From positions 124,001 through 188,000 of the forward strand of contig MU008165.1 of NCBI GenBank assembly GCA_010909165.1: a stretch of DNA of 64,000 nucleotides, written 5' to 3'. A program made the position numbers and the translations under genes. Shown piece after piece: positions 46,075 to 58,600 of the stretch (the stretch's first letter is position 1; every line of letters begins with the position of its first letter). The notes beneath the pieces are model-generated. The model saw only the letters and a list, made by a program, of their open reading frames with translations. It ran no database searches and was not told where the DNA came from. The DNA is from Anthoceros angustus. Taxonomy: Eukaryota > Plantae > Anthocerotophyta.

Positions 46075-48467
46075 TTATGCAGCGCTGGTAACATACGCAA
46101 TAGCCTCTTTGCATATGCAGGTCATACTTGACTCGGGTCCATACACCTGTGATGACGGTACACTTGCTTAGTCGTCAGGATGCCGTACCAGAAGAAGTTG
46201 ATACATTCAAGCTAATACAAACATAGGCACTTCAGGTTCTTGAGCTCGAGCTTGACGTACCTCAATCGGTATGCCAATTTCCGGGCCCAGTTGTCTCATA
46301 TGCTGCAAACCTTTCTGATAATTTGGACCACCTCTTCTCACATAGACAGCCATCTTGGCTGCGTTCAGCTGGTTTTGCTGTTTTCATCCACAAAGCATGT
46401 AAGCAAAGTTTAAGTTTGTCGATGGCAGCAGCACATATCTAGGACACACCCACCTTTTCTCTCAGAGCTTTGATTATCCCACCAAATGTGGCTGCCACGT
46501 CTGTGAAATTCGCTATACCGCCACCAACGAGGAGTGCCCTCTTCTTACCATCAGGATTGGCTGTAGCACACTGCCCACTATACACTGATGAGCAACAGGA
46601 TCTTTTACTTGGCGAGGAAGCAGCAAGGATATTTCAGCTTACGTCAATCAGAGCTCGTGCATACTGCAGCGTTTCCTCTGCATTAGGAGCCCCACTGTAC
46701 TCTGCATAGTTGCCGAGTTCATGTGCATAGCCCAAATCTCCAACCTGTAACCAGACGTAGGTGGATGAGGTGAGGCAGGTAGGCAAACAGAAAAGACAGG
46801 CAGACAGAAGTATCCTACACAGGGCCCAGGTGCCCTCAGTTTTCTTACAGTGTCTGCGTAGATCACACTTGCGCCACCTCCTGCGACCATTGTCCAAATG
46901 TGTCCTTTAGGATTTAAGATGGTGAGTTTCAGAGAGGCGCCAGTCTGTGTACAAGCAAGCGGATGGAGCCTCAGTTTTCTCCAGGTTGAAAGCGGAAGCA
47001 GGAAGAGATGAAAAAACTAAGACATACCTTCTCATCCATCCTGTGGATCTTATCTTCCGCTGCAGTCATTGTCCTACCGAAAGGTAAGGGAAATTCAACA
47101 TTACCCCACCTGTATGTCAATTCAAGGGGAACCACCTCTTAAACCCGTGGGGTCGTTGTAAATTGCCACAAAACCTCAAAAAAAAAAAGGGTTGAGAAGT
47201 ACTTTTGGTAGTTCTTGAAAGCAGCAGTGTCATCCAGCTCTCCACGCATGTCAAGAGGATAGGGTTGCCCATTCACCAGTGTGAATGGGTTCATTTCGAT
47301 GAGTGTAAAATCCACATCTGCCAGCAAGAACCAGGACTCCAACCCTGAGCAGATACTAGAAGCTGTAAATTGCGAAAAAGACAGCATTGGAAGTATGGCA
47401 AACAGCTGCATACCAATGAACACACTGAACACAGCTCGAATGAAATTTTCAATGACAGGGCGAATCTGCACAGGATCGAATCTCAAAGCCAATCTCACGA
47501 CAAAGCAACTTAAGGGAAGCATCACTCAAAGTCCTCCTCCTCACACTTGATCCCACTCAACCAAAGCCAAATACCTCCAATCCCAGGGTAGCAATGAGAG
47601 GCGCGCAGAGTTCTGAGGTCAAGGATTGCTCTGTTGGGACAAACACAGTTTTCACCTTTCGCCACACAAAAGAGGAACAAGAAAGATCAGATATATTGGC
47701 GTCTCTCACTTATCACCACAACAGACTTCCATCAGGCCACTCACCTTGTCCCAGTTGTCCTCAATCTCAATTCCTCCACATTCTGAGAAGCTTATTTCTG
47801 CTCCCAGCCGGTCTGAGGTGATGGACAGATAATACTCATCTTCATGTGGCACAAAGGGTTCCACAATGAATGTGGTGATGGGTCCCTTGGAGCCACCCAT
47901 CTCAACCTGGATAACAAGCATGTCAGGATCCTGTCGCCCCACTTCCGAACCCCTCTCCTCCAAGCATAAGTAGCAAGCAAGTCCAATGCAGCAAACCCGC
48001 TTGCAGCAACGATGGGCACACCCACCTCCTTCCCCAGCCTCTCCTTCACAAAATTCTCCACACCCGCCAAATCCAGGTTCAGAGCAACCTGCACACAGCA
48101 TTGTCCATCAGCAACAAGTTTTCACACACTCTGCAAGACCCTGATCACCACGGTCCACGACATGCAAAGAACTCACCAAGCCACTTTTCCCTCGCTTCCC
48201 AAACAGCATATCCGGCTTCACCACAAGCCTGGTGGTATTGAGCCATGCTTCCTTGTCCGCCAATTCCAGGAAATCCGTGGCCTGAGTGACCTGTACTGCC
48301 ACAGCGAGCTCCATCAGCGTAACTCCCAACCTCCTCCGGAACTGACCTGCTGCAACGCATTGTCATACCTGGGCGGATTTGAAGTCGAGAGAAACTCCTG
48401 CCAGGCGCTTCAGTTGCTCCTTCAAGATGCGCTTCGAGTCGTACTCTCTGATCTTCTTCCTGGCCAT
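46075..48467 (-). CDS. ACLA: ATP-citrate lyase subunit A (multi-exon)
   Basis: [92 protein letters not shown]. Confidence 0.96.
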
Positions 48468-48953
48468 CTTGACCGTATCCCGCTGATGGGCGACCGAGGC
48501 CTGATCAGGAGCTTCCAACAAGGCGCCTTCTTGAATTCAACCCCAAAGCATACGCATTGCGATACAGGCATCCAGTCAGCCAACCAGCCAAACAGACAGA
48601 CCTCGAGGCAGATCGCTCTTGAGCAGCACAAGGACGGAATTCCTGAACCAGACCAGCAGAACCGGGCAGATGCAGCAGATCGCTTCCTCTACGTATGTAT
48701 AATGGAGCTCAATCCGGCCACTATCACCACTGCAGGAGGTTGTTATCAAACCCAAGGTGAAAAGGTCGAGCACGTTTTCTGTGTGACCAGGTAAAGTGGG
48801 TTGTTTAGAAGGACAGCAAACAGGGATTAGGCTTGCGTTTGTCAGGCGTCGACGTGGACCCGCCACGCAGTTCGCCTGGTGCAGGGTTGGCCATAGATCA
48901 TCTGGTGGGTAGTCATTAGTGTCACCTTTTACCAGCGTTGCAGGAATTGCAGG
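48468..48953. promoter_or_regulatory. Short divergent (putative bidirectional) promoter/5' UTR region between ACLA and DJ-1
   Basis: Head-to-head start codons 486 bp apart. Confidence 0.5.
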
Positions 48954-50559
48954 ATGGCTGCGTCTAAGTCGGTGCTCCTCATTGCCGGTGACTATGTCGA
49001 GGATTATGAGGTCAAGCGTCTATGGACTCTGTGCCCACCATCCTTTGCATGCGAGCCTGGCTTCGTGGGATGGAGCTTTTCCAGCTCTCTGTATGACATG
49101 CATGCTGCTCAGGAGCAGCATGATGTTAGGTTGGGCAGCGATCTCTCAAGGCTGTTGGGTGTGTGCAGGTCATGGTTCCCTTTCAGACGTTGCAGGCTGT
49201 TGGTGTGAAGGTGGATGCCATCTGTCCTGGCAAGGCAGCTGGGGATACGGTGGCCACAGCTGTGCACGACTTTGTTGGGTACCAGGTGCCTGCTTCTGCT
49301 TCTCGTGGTTGCTGTTTCTACGGTGTCCCTTCAATCCTGCTGGGATGGATGGATGGCTGGATTGGATGACTGGCATGAGGAATTGCAGACCTACTCGGAG
49401 TCGAAGGGCCACAACTTTGCTCTTAACAAATCGTTCGAGGATGCGAATCCTGAGGCCTATGATGGGCTGCTGATACCGGGGGGGCGTGCTCCCGAGTACC
49501 TTTCCTTGGACCAGAATGTGCTGAACATCGTGAAGAACTTTGCAGCTGCGGATAAGCCCATCGCCTCCATCTGCCATGGGCAGCTGATTCTTGCTGCTGC
49601 AGGTGTTTTGAAAGGAAAGAAATGCACCGCATATCCTGCAGTCAAGCCGGTGGTTGAGCTTGCAGGGGGGAAGTGGTTGGATCCACAGCCCATCTCCGCA
49701 GCCTTCGCGGACCACAAGCTGGTGACAGCAGCAGCCTGGCCGGGACACCCGGACTGGCTCAGGTTGTTTGTGGAGACTCTCGGGGGGAAGATCATCGGAG
49801 GGCCCAAGACCATCCTGATGATAGTCGGGGTAAGGCATCCATGCCTTACCCATGTCCACCATGCAACTTGATGTCTGCATTGCATCCAACTTTTGACTCT
49901 GTCGTGCCTCTCTGTATCCAGGACTATGTGGAGGACTACGAAGCCATGGTGCCATTCCAGGCTCTGCAAACCGTGGGTTGCACAGTGGATGCTGTGTGCC
50001 CAGGAAAGCAGAAAGGGGACAAGGTTGCCACAGCCATCCACGACTTCGAAGGTGCACAGACATACAGTGAGAAGCCAGGCCACAACTTCCAGCTCACCGC
50101 CACCTTCGATGATGTTAACCCTGAAGCCTACGATGCACTGGTGGTTCCTGGAGGCCGTGCCCCTGAGTACCTGGCACTGAATGAAAAGGTTCTACAAATA
50201 GTCCGCGAGTTCAATGAAGCCCGCAAGCCTATTGCGTCCCTCTGCCATGGACCCCAGATCCTTGCTGCTGCGCACGTGCTTAAGGTAATCAGTTAGCTTG
50301 TGTGTTGGACAGACATGTTTGTCTGTAGTTTCCTTCTTTCAAGGTTTGGTCCCTCGTTTGGGTTTTGCAGGGAAAGAAGTGCACAGCTTACCCTGCTGTG
50401 AAACCTGTAGTAGGGCTTGCAGGAGCAGAGTGGCTGGAGCCAGAACCCATTTCCAAGTGCTTCACTGATGGGAATCTGGTAACTGGACCTGCATGGCCTG
50501 CCCATCCAGAATTCGTAGCCCAGTTGATGGCTCTGCTGGGTGTAAAGGTGTCATTCTAG
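48954..50559 (+). CDS. DJ-1/PfpI family tandem-domain protein (glyoxalase III-like, DJ1D/YLS5 type)
   Basis: Two repeats of [21 protein letters not shown](I/L)[15 protein letters not shown] introns. Ends GVKVSF*. Confidence 0.95.
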
Positions 50560-51283
50560 AAACAGCTCGGCCTCTCCAAATACTTAACTGTTTAATCTTG
50601 TCACCTAGTAAAGGTGTTGGGGATTGGTTATCCCACTTTGTCCTCTTTCCATGTGCCTTGCCCATTTTGGCAGGTGAGGGCGTGCCTCTGGTTCTTGCCC
50701 AAGCGTGCTCACCGTCAGTCCCGTATATTTATTTAAACCTGTATTACTTGAAGAGAATATAGAAGTAAGTAAAAAACGAAGCTAAAAGAAACGGCGGATG
50801 TTCCTGCCGCTGCGATCGATGTCCCCGCCCTCGCCGTGCAGCCGGGGCAGGGTCATCGAGCAATCGCCATTTACACCTAGAGACGCAAAAACTTTAAGGT
50901 CTTTTTTGACTTTTGCTTTTTTTTTCTCTCATCTCAAATCGTTTTTGTTTTTTTAGTTCGGACGTGCGGATGTGTAATCCGCTTTTTATCTCTTTAACGC
51001 TGTACTATCTCTGTCCTATGATTGGTCCTTTCATCCTTAGCGGACATAATTAAAGTCCTATGATTGTCCTTCCATCCTTAGCAGACATAAATAAAGTTGT
51101 TGTTGTTATTGTTGTTGATGGTAGATAGCGAATCTGCATCGAAATGTCAAAGTTAAGCGACCTGGCAAGTTGTTCAAGTCCTTGATGGGGTTCTTGCTAA
51201 AAATGTTTTGCTTGATCATTCATATTCCTTCGTCCCCTCCTTTGTATGCTTATGGAGATAAGGTCCCAACTAGGGTGCGGAAA

Positions 51284-51592
51284 CCAGGAACCATGCGGCA
51301 TAGATGAGAACCCATGAACCATGCGGCATAGATGAGAACCCATGAACCATGCGGCATAGATGAGAACCTAGGAACCGTGCGGCATAGACGAGAACCCAGG
51401 AACCATGCGGCATAGATGAGAACCCAAGAACCATGTGGCATAGATAAGAACTAGGAACCATGCAGCATAGATGGAACCCAGGAACCATGCAGCATAGATA
51501 AGAACTAGGAACCATATGGCATAGATGAGAACCCAGGAACTATGCGGCATAGATGAGAACCTAAGAACTATGCATCATAGATGAGAACCACG
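51284..51592. repeat. Minisatellite, about 29-bp unit, about 11 copies
   Basis: Unit ggaaccatgcggcatagatgagaacccat and variants. Confidence 0.95.
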
Positions 51593-51727
51593 CGGTACTA
51601 TTAAGGTCTATCAGCTCGAAAGCCGAGCGGAAGTTTTGTGGTTCTCGTGTTCCATGCATCCCAGTGTCCCAACGGATGATGATGTGGCACTCTTGATCGT
51701 ACGAGCTAGCATTAATGGCCATCGGGT

Positions 51728-51902
51728 ATCGATTTACAAGCAATCCACTGAATTATTATCTCGGTTCATTTTGATCCTCTCACTACACTTCCTTGGCATT
51801 GTTTGCGCACATTTAAACCATCGATTTACAAGCAATCCACTAAGCTATCTCGGTTCATTTTGATCCTCTCACTACATTTCCTCGGCGTTGTTTGCGCACC
51901 TT
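51728..51902. repeat. About 90-bp tandem duplication
   Basis: atcgatttacaagcaatccact..atctcggttcattttgatcctctcactaca x2. Confidence 0.85.
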
Positions 51903-53929
51903 TGAACCGCTTGCGATGGGATTCCAAACTTCAGCCTCCCGGTATGCAGGCAATGCGGGGTGGGGAGGCCATAGTCTAAGCTCGTGATATGGATTCAAAG
52001 TTTCAGGGTTCCGATGCTCATGCGATGCGGGTAGGAAAGACATGGTGAAAGCTCATGATGTGGATTCAAATCTATTGGCTCTAGGTGTGCGTGTGATTCA
52101 AATTCGGTGGAGAAGCCGTGGTCTAAGCCTGTGATGTGGGATGTGCAGGCTATAGTTTGCAATGGCGCCTATTTGAAGGATGTGAGATAGGCAAACAAAA
52201 AATTATCTACTGCACACTAGAAATCGTGATTCTTTCTATCTACCTAGACAATGCGGGTGAATATGGTGCTAAAAAATGCTCATCAATTTGATAGTGCAGG
52301 GTAGCATGGTGCGTACATGCTGCGAAGATGTTCCTAGTTTGTAATGTGACTACTTGGAACCTTCTTTTTGGCTTTTGACTGCATAGTCCACCTTGTAGCT
52401 GTGTTCCTTGACCACTTCTTTTTGATTTGTGTGATTCGCAAAAAGCATGTTTCAGTCTTCCGGAGTTCTTGTAATCACATGGATCCTGTGAGAAGACTCG
52501 CGACTGTTGCAACTCTTGCTCTATTGCTACCAAGCTTTCTATTTTTCGTATGATTTAGTCCTCTATTCCAATAATATGATTATATAGCTCAGGTCACTTC
52601 TCAGCCATTCTTTGAATCTTTCAAAGCTGGTTATATAAGATTTGTTCCTTAGATCTTTTTCCAAAGCTTTGGATGTCACCTTCTGTGTGAGTGGAGGATC
52701 CTTTGGCAATCCATAAGCCCGGATGTAGGATGACCCTGGGTACATCACAATTAACCAATCGGCTCCCTGATACAGCCTCATGTGTATGTTCCCACGCTAG
52801 GGTTATATGTTTTTTGATAATTTGTTGTGTCGGAGTAAATTGATGGAGTAAGTGTGACCTTCACTTCATACCTGCAAATAAAATTCACTCGTAGCTTGTA
52901 GGCAATTACAAATTGGCCCTTACGTGCGCATCTTTTAATTCATACATCACTTCACAATCATGCTTCAAGTTCAAAAGGAACACAGGTTTGTATTTAGTAG
53001 ACATCATAGTACGTGGCTCTGGCCAAGAATTGCTGGACAATCAAGGTGGCAAGGCACAATACAGTGATTAGCTGCTAGGAAGTGGGGATGAGACATGGCA
53101 CATCAAAGATTATTGTCAAGCTTGTTCTAGGTAATTGCCAGGTGAAGGCGATCTTAAAGTAAGTTAGCAAAAGGACATTATGCTAGCTATCCATTTTGCT
53201 GTACGTCATTAATGTAGCAATTAATTTAGATTAAGTAATGACCTATTGTAGGCCATTTCCCGTTGAGACATTATGCTTGGCACTGGGACCGAAGCTCCAG
53301 CGTCGTTTGAGCTTTCTCTCATCAAGGTGGGCGATCACGGCGGGATCTGGGTCTTAATATGGCAAGGCCAAGCTAGCTACAAGTTACCAGCAAGCAGCCA
53401 TGGAGGCAGCTTTATGTGAGTCCTATTAATCAGGCTTGTGAAGCACACAGCTTGCTTTCAGCTTGTAATCAAAATCTAGTTTCCTTGTAGCCAATTACAC
53501 AACACTGACATTGCTTGTGTGCTGGCTGGGAGCTTAGAACTACATGTTGGAGGACTGAACAATGCTCCGGCCCCGTAGAACTTCTCTCGTGCCGTCAAGA
53601 TCGTGAGTATGTGTATGTGAGTTCATAGCACGTTTACTCACATTAAGCTGTTGTGTTACCTTCCCTGCAAGTGGTAGGGATAGAGATATAGTTCAGTGTT
53701 GAACATTATGTGGGTGCTCTCACTGTCTTGTCTCAGCGACACATAAACAATGATGCTCTCAGGGACTAACCTTATTGATCGCTTTGAGTTGTATGGCATG
53801 TGTGGAGGAGGATTGACCCTTAACAATTCAAGCTCCCATGGGCGATGGGGGAAACAGGTCACCCTATTCCCTAAGGAGTCGTAGTGGGCAAGGGGGTTCT
53901 ACAACAGTCCCTAGTCACATGGCAGCCAC

Positions 53930-55310
53930 ACATTGATGGAGTCATATTGGTTGAGCTATTTGCGGGCATGGCTACTGGGCTTGAGGCAATGTTGAGGGCA
54001 AGGGTTAAAATTGCCAAGTATGTATATTGCGATAACTGGCTCTTTGCTTGAGATGTGGCAAAGCATCGACTCGGCCAGTTGCAGAAGAGATATCCAGACT
54101 TCTTCCCTTCAAGTGCTTGGCATGCAGCATTTTCCACCTTTCCAGCTGATTTTTGACTCATTTAGATTAGCCATTGGACAACACTCGGCCATGTGGATCT
54201 GATCATTGCGGGCTGGGAGTGTCAAGGATTTTCAGTTGCTGGACGGGGTGATGGACTTCATGATCCACGCTCTGGGCTTTTAGCAGATCTGGTGGTATGT
54301 TTGCAACATGCCCGGCAAGTTTTCCCACAGCTAGCTTATATCCTTGAGAACACTCCAGCTCAACTACATCCTAGGCCAAGCATGCGCCTAGATATGGCAT
54401 TGATTCAACATTTTGCTAGTCGCCCATTGCTTGTGGACGCTGCTCAATGTAGCTCTTATGCTCATCGGCTGAGGAATTTCTGGACAAACCTTGCTCCTCA
54501 CTCCATTCTAGAGTCCACTTTAGCAAAGCTGGAGCGAGATGTTGATCTCAAGGTCCAGGATGTCATGAACCTCGGACGGGTTCCCCAAAAGGTGCTCCAT
54601 CAAGAGCCATCGCCTTGGTTCCTAGCTAACCAACCAGGGAAGCCAAGATCATCTTGGCCAACGTTGGTTAGCTTTCCCAAGTCCCATGCTCTCCGCAATC
54701 AAGGTGCGGGCATGGTGTTTGACAACACTAAGCAGTCCTGGGACGAGCCCCTTGCTGATGAAAGAGAAAGGGCCATGGGGTTTTCAACTGGCACCACAAC
54801 GAAACCACATATTTCTTCGCTGCGGCGTCGGGAGATTCTTGGACGCACCATGAACCTCCATTACTTGACATGGCTCCTATGCATTTGTTTGGCATTCCAG
54901 GTGTTGTTTCGGCCTTCAGCATCCTCAGCACATCATGTGCCATGGACTCATGCTGATTCTGTGCACCTTCCCGCCAGTCTTGACGTGCTCTCTTTTCGGC
55001 TGGAAGTTTGGGGCGGGAGGCGGAGGGGGAGGGGGGAGTTGCCCTATCGAGGAAGAATGGGGCGACAGATGTTCGCTTTTTCTGGCTCGGTTGTCGATCC
55101 ATCTATGGCAGCTCCACCAAACAGATCTGCTGCAAAAGCAAGTATATAGCCATTGGTATTTGGGGAGAATTTGACAGCTGAGCAGCAGCAGTAGATTCAT
55201 GATTTGCTTATGAATCTTGAAGATGTTTTCACTTTTTCCATGAGGAAGCTAGGCCGTTGTACACAATGATTAAGAAGTTTCCGCATTAAGCTGGACAGTC
55301 CAGATGAGAG
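53930..55310 (+). mobile_element. Retrotransposon-borne C5 DNA methyltransferase (decayed) followed by gypsy pre-RT region
   Basis: Motif I LVELFAGMATG (about 53947), IV GWECQGFS, VI ILENT, VIII AHRLRNFWTNL, IX ERERAMGF, X RREILGRTMN. Then GENLTAEQQQ*IHDLL..DVFTFSMRKLG..FRIKL. Confidence 0.85.
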
Positions 55311-56224
55311 CCTTTCAATCTCCATCTTACAATCTATGAGCAATATGGCACATTCCCCTCTAACATGATTATGTGCTTTTTGCTGAGAGCCTTTCAATTT
55401 CTATCTTCTGCCTTTCAAATCTCTATCTTCTGATCTATAGGCAATAAGGCACATTCTTCTGATCTATAGGCGACAAGGCACATTCCCCTCTAACACGATT
55501 TTGTGCTTACACTTAAACACTGTTAAGTGGAAGATGATTCTGTGCTTACAGTTAAACACTGTGCTTCCACTTAACGGGTCTAGTCTGTCTGAATCAACTA
55601 ATCAAACATGGCAAGTCGATGTTATAGTCTTGTCCAGCATGTGGTAGAGTCCGAGCAATATGTATTCACATTTGCATGTTTCCTCCTCATTGCTCCTTAA
55701 AATATTGTACAAAGTACGGTATAAAACATATGCAACTTAGTTTCTGGGTCACTCATATTATAACCACATCTGAGCTCGCGTTATTTGTTTGCGAGAAGAT
55801 GCAAGAGGCTTTGGGTCAGATTCTTAAAAAGCTTATATGCACCATATGGTTGAAATTTGAATCTTAGGCGCTTATTGCTTCCAGGTTGCGCTTCAACGTT
55901 TCGGTCTTATGCTTGCTTCTTGATTCCATTTTTTGTATTTGCACATTTTCTTATAGAATATGGGCATACATAATTACCAAGCAATTTCAAAATGTCTCAT
56001 CTAGTCTAGTCAAGTACGATAAATAGGTAAAATGCAAATGCTTATGTGACTGAACTATAAGTAAATGAGTTAATACTTTTCACAAATAGCACTAAGAATC
56101 TCTTGAGAGGAAATAAATAGAGTCATTTCAAGACATGACTCATGAGATGATGCACACTAAAGGCTCAACAATTGGACAATTGGACAATGAACATTCTTTT
56201 ACAACAAAGAGTAAGTAATTCTCG

Positions 56225-58600
56225 AGTGGCCCCTTCTATTGATCGATAGCAAAGCATGCTTGATACAGCCCCTCATTGCCAATGAGCACATCGTAACTTT
56301 GAGTTGAAGTTACTAAACATCGAAGCTTAAGAACTACTTCAGCATGCGTCCTTGGCTAAAATGCAATGGCAACAAACCGCTTGGTTTCACCTTTGACTCT
56401 CTCTAAGCCTCCTCCAGCCGTTCGAATGGACCACCTCGATGGCTGCACGTCTTGATCGGTTAACCCAAGTTGTTGAACCATGCATGCACCAAGGGTGACG
56501 GGATGAGCTCTTGAATTAAGGAGCGCCACCTTGGGCACTACACCATTCAATGTGACAACTCCTTGCCGGTTGTCCACCAATGCAGCTGTAACCTTCACAT
56601 TCAACCGTTACGAAGGATGCACCACGGGCAAGTCCTTCAAGGCTATGTGCAACTAGTCATTGTGGTACTTGGCTGCCGGAGTGGACTCCCCTGAAGTGCT
56701 AGCAGCGGCTGCATGTGCACCATCATAAGCTGTGACCATAATTCTTTTTTCAAAGGCAACTTCAGCACTCGGCACCTTGGCCAAGAGCATTTGCGAAAGT
56801 GCATTAGGTTCCAAACCCAAATCCTTGTAGCTGAACACAGGGGACTCCATAATGCGTTTAAAAATCAGTTCTACTTGTAAGGATACATGGACAACACCGA
56901 CTCTTGGTTTAGCAATTTTATGACCGCTGGTGTCTTGATGGAGCCTCTCCTAAAGGCTCTTAGTTCCGATGAACTCTTACCAGCACCCAGCAATTCAGCT
57001 TCATCTGGCAACTGGTGAAATGACTTGGGCATGGTAGCCCTAGCCCCCCTTTCCTTGTGCCCCCCAGCATCATCATTTTGACTAGAAGTACCAGCCCTTG
57101 TGGCTAAGCGTGCAACTCTAGCTGAAGCTGCAACGTGGAGTGTGGGGCATGGTAGAAACACCTTCCTAGCATCTTTCAGCATTGGCGGATCATTGGAATA
57201 ATCCAGAGCATGCGCCTCCTTGCCCACAGTGAATGCTGAATAATGAGGCCCATACTCCAACATGGCAGCAGAAACATCAAATGCGCCCTCCCTCGAAGGT
57301 GGATAGGTATAGGATGCTGACATGGCGCTCATCTTGCTCTTCAGCGACTCTAGCCCCGCTAATAGACTTGCAGACTTTGCCTTTTCAGCACTCAATGCAT
57401 CCACTTTTTCTTGTTGTGCATTCCCTTTCTTCAAGGCTTCCAACTCCGCAGCCATGGCTACTACCTTGGCCTCCTCATTCTCAATGTTCTCATTGTGCTT
57501 CACCCTAGCCACTTTTGATTTGCTCACAGCAGCACCTAAAGTAGATGCATGGCTAGCATTTCATGTTGCAGGTGTTGTTAGAGCATTTGTGCTTTGACTT
57601 GAATTCAGCCTCATTTGCCTCCTCTTCAGATGCAGCTGATAGCACACATCGCTCACATGTCCAGACTTGTTGGATCCTAAACACGTGAAGCTCTCTCTTG
57701 GACAAGGGCATTGAGGTGACATGTGGTCAGGAGATGCACAACAATTGCAAGCAATCGATTGGGCCATAGCAGCATGGGCAGCCTTGACTGGACCTGGAGT
57801 TGCCCCACTTGCACCACCCCGCTTTTTAGCACTTGCAACATAGTGAGCATTAGCTACTTCTAGCTTTTCAGCCACTGCATAGACCTGGGCTAGCGTGTAG
57901 TCGTCACTATGTTTGTCAAAAACGGACTGCAAAATATGGAAATGTAGCTAAGGATCAGCCTCCAATGCTCCCAAGAATTTGGCAGCTGCCTCATTGTTGG
58001 TTATGCTCTTGGTATCCTCCTTAAGTTGCTGAATCCGCCTGTACATCATTTGGAGAGTTTCCCCCTTCAAGCGCTCGAATTTGATCAAAGCCCAAATCTT
58101 GTTGGTGCTTTTGGTTGGGAATTCCTTCTCCAAAATCTGGAAAAAGGCTGTTACAGGAACAGAAATTACCATCGTTGAAACTGTGGGTGAAATTCCAGTA
58201 GTAGTTCTAGCCAATTCAACTGGAGTTAGAGTCACTATTGTTGGTGCAGCTCCTGAAGCTCCAGATGCCCCATGCAATGCTACGACAGCAGCTAACGCAC
58301 TAGCTTGTGCATTGGCTATAGCTACAGCAAAGGCCGGGTTAGGGGTGGAAATGGTGGCCAGTAAGTGGCCTGAATGAGCTCGGAAAACCTCAAGTGCTTC
58401 ATCTGCAAGCCACGTTGCCATCTATTTAAAAGCGTATTGGGAAAGGTAAAGGCCATCCTATGCTTCAGCCTTAACTCCGAAACTATTGTCTCGTGGTAAG
58501 TTTTGAAATTCCTAAGCGTGAGAGTTCCTGGCCTTCCACTGAATTTTGACATGCGCACGTGTGAAGTGTCACCGTCCATGACCGCCGCTTGCATGTTACC
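56225..58600 (-). mobile_element. Ty3/gypsy gag-protease remnant
   Basis: Gag-like ORFs (SKFSG.., ETLQMMYRRIQQL), two zinc knuckles (CNCCASPDHMSPQC; CLGSNKSGHVSDVC), retropepsin (VALLNSRA..IRTAGG..YDVLIG). Multiple stops. Confidence 0.8.

Noticed and set aside
48012-50083. ORFs 48012..48794 (+) and 49170..50063 (-)
   Set aside because: Antisense to ACLA and DJ-1 exons/introns, with no recognisable motifs.
54193-55149. Host DRM/CMT/MET1 gene or bacterial contamination
   Set aside because: No introns or regulatory domains, motif order is not permuted as in DRM, it is followed by a gypsy pre-RT linker, and it is flanked by plant genes.
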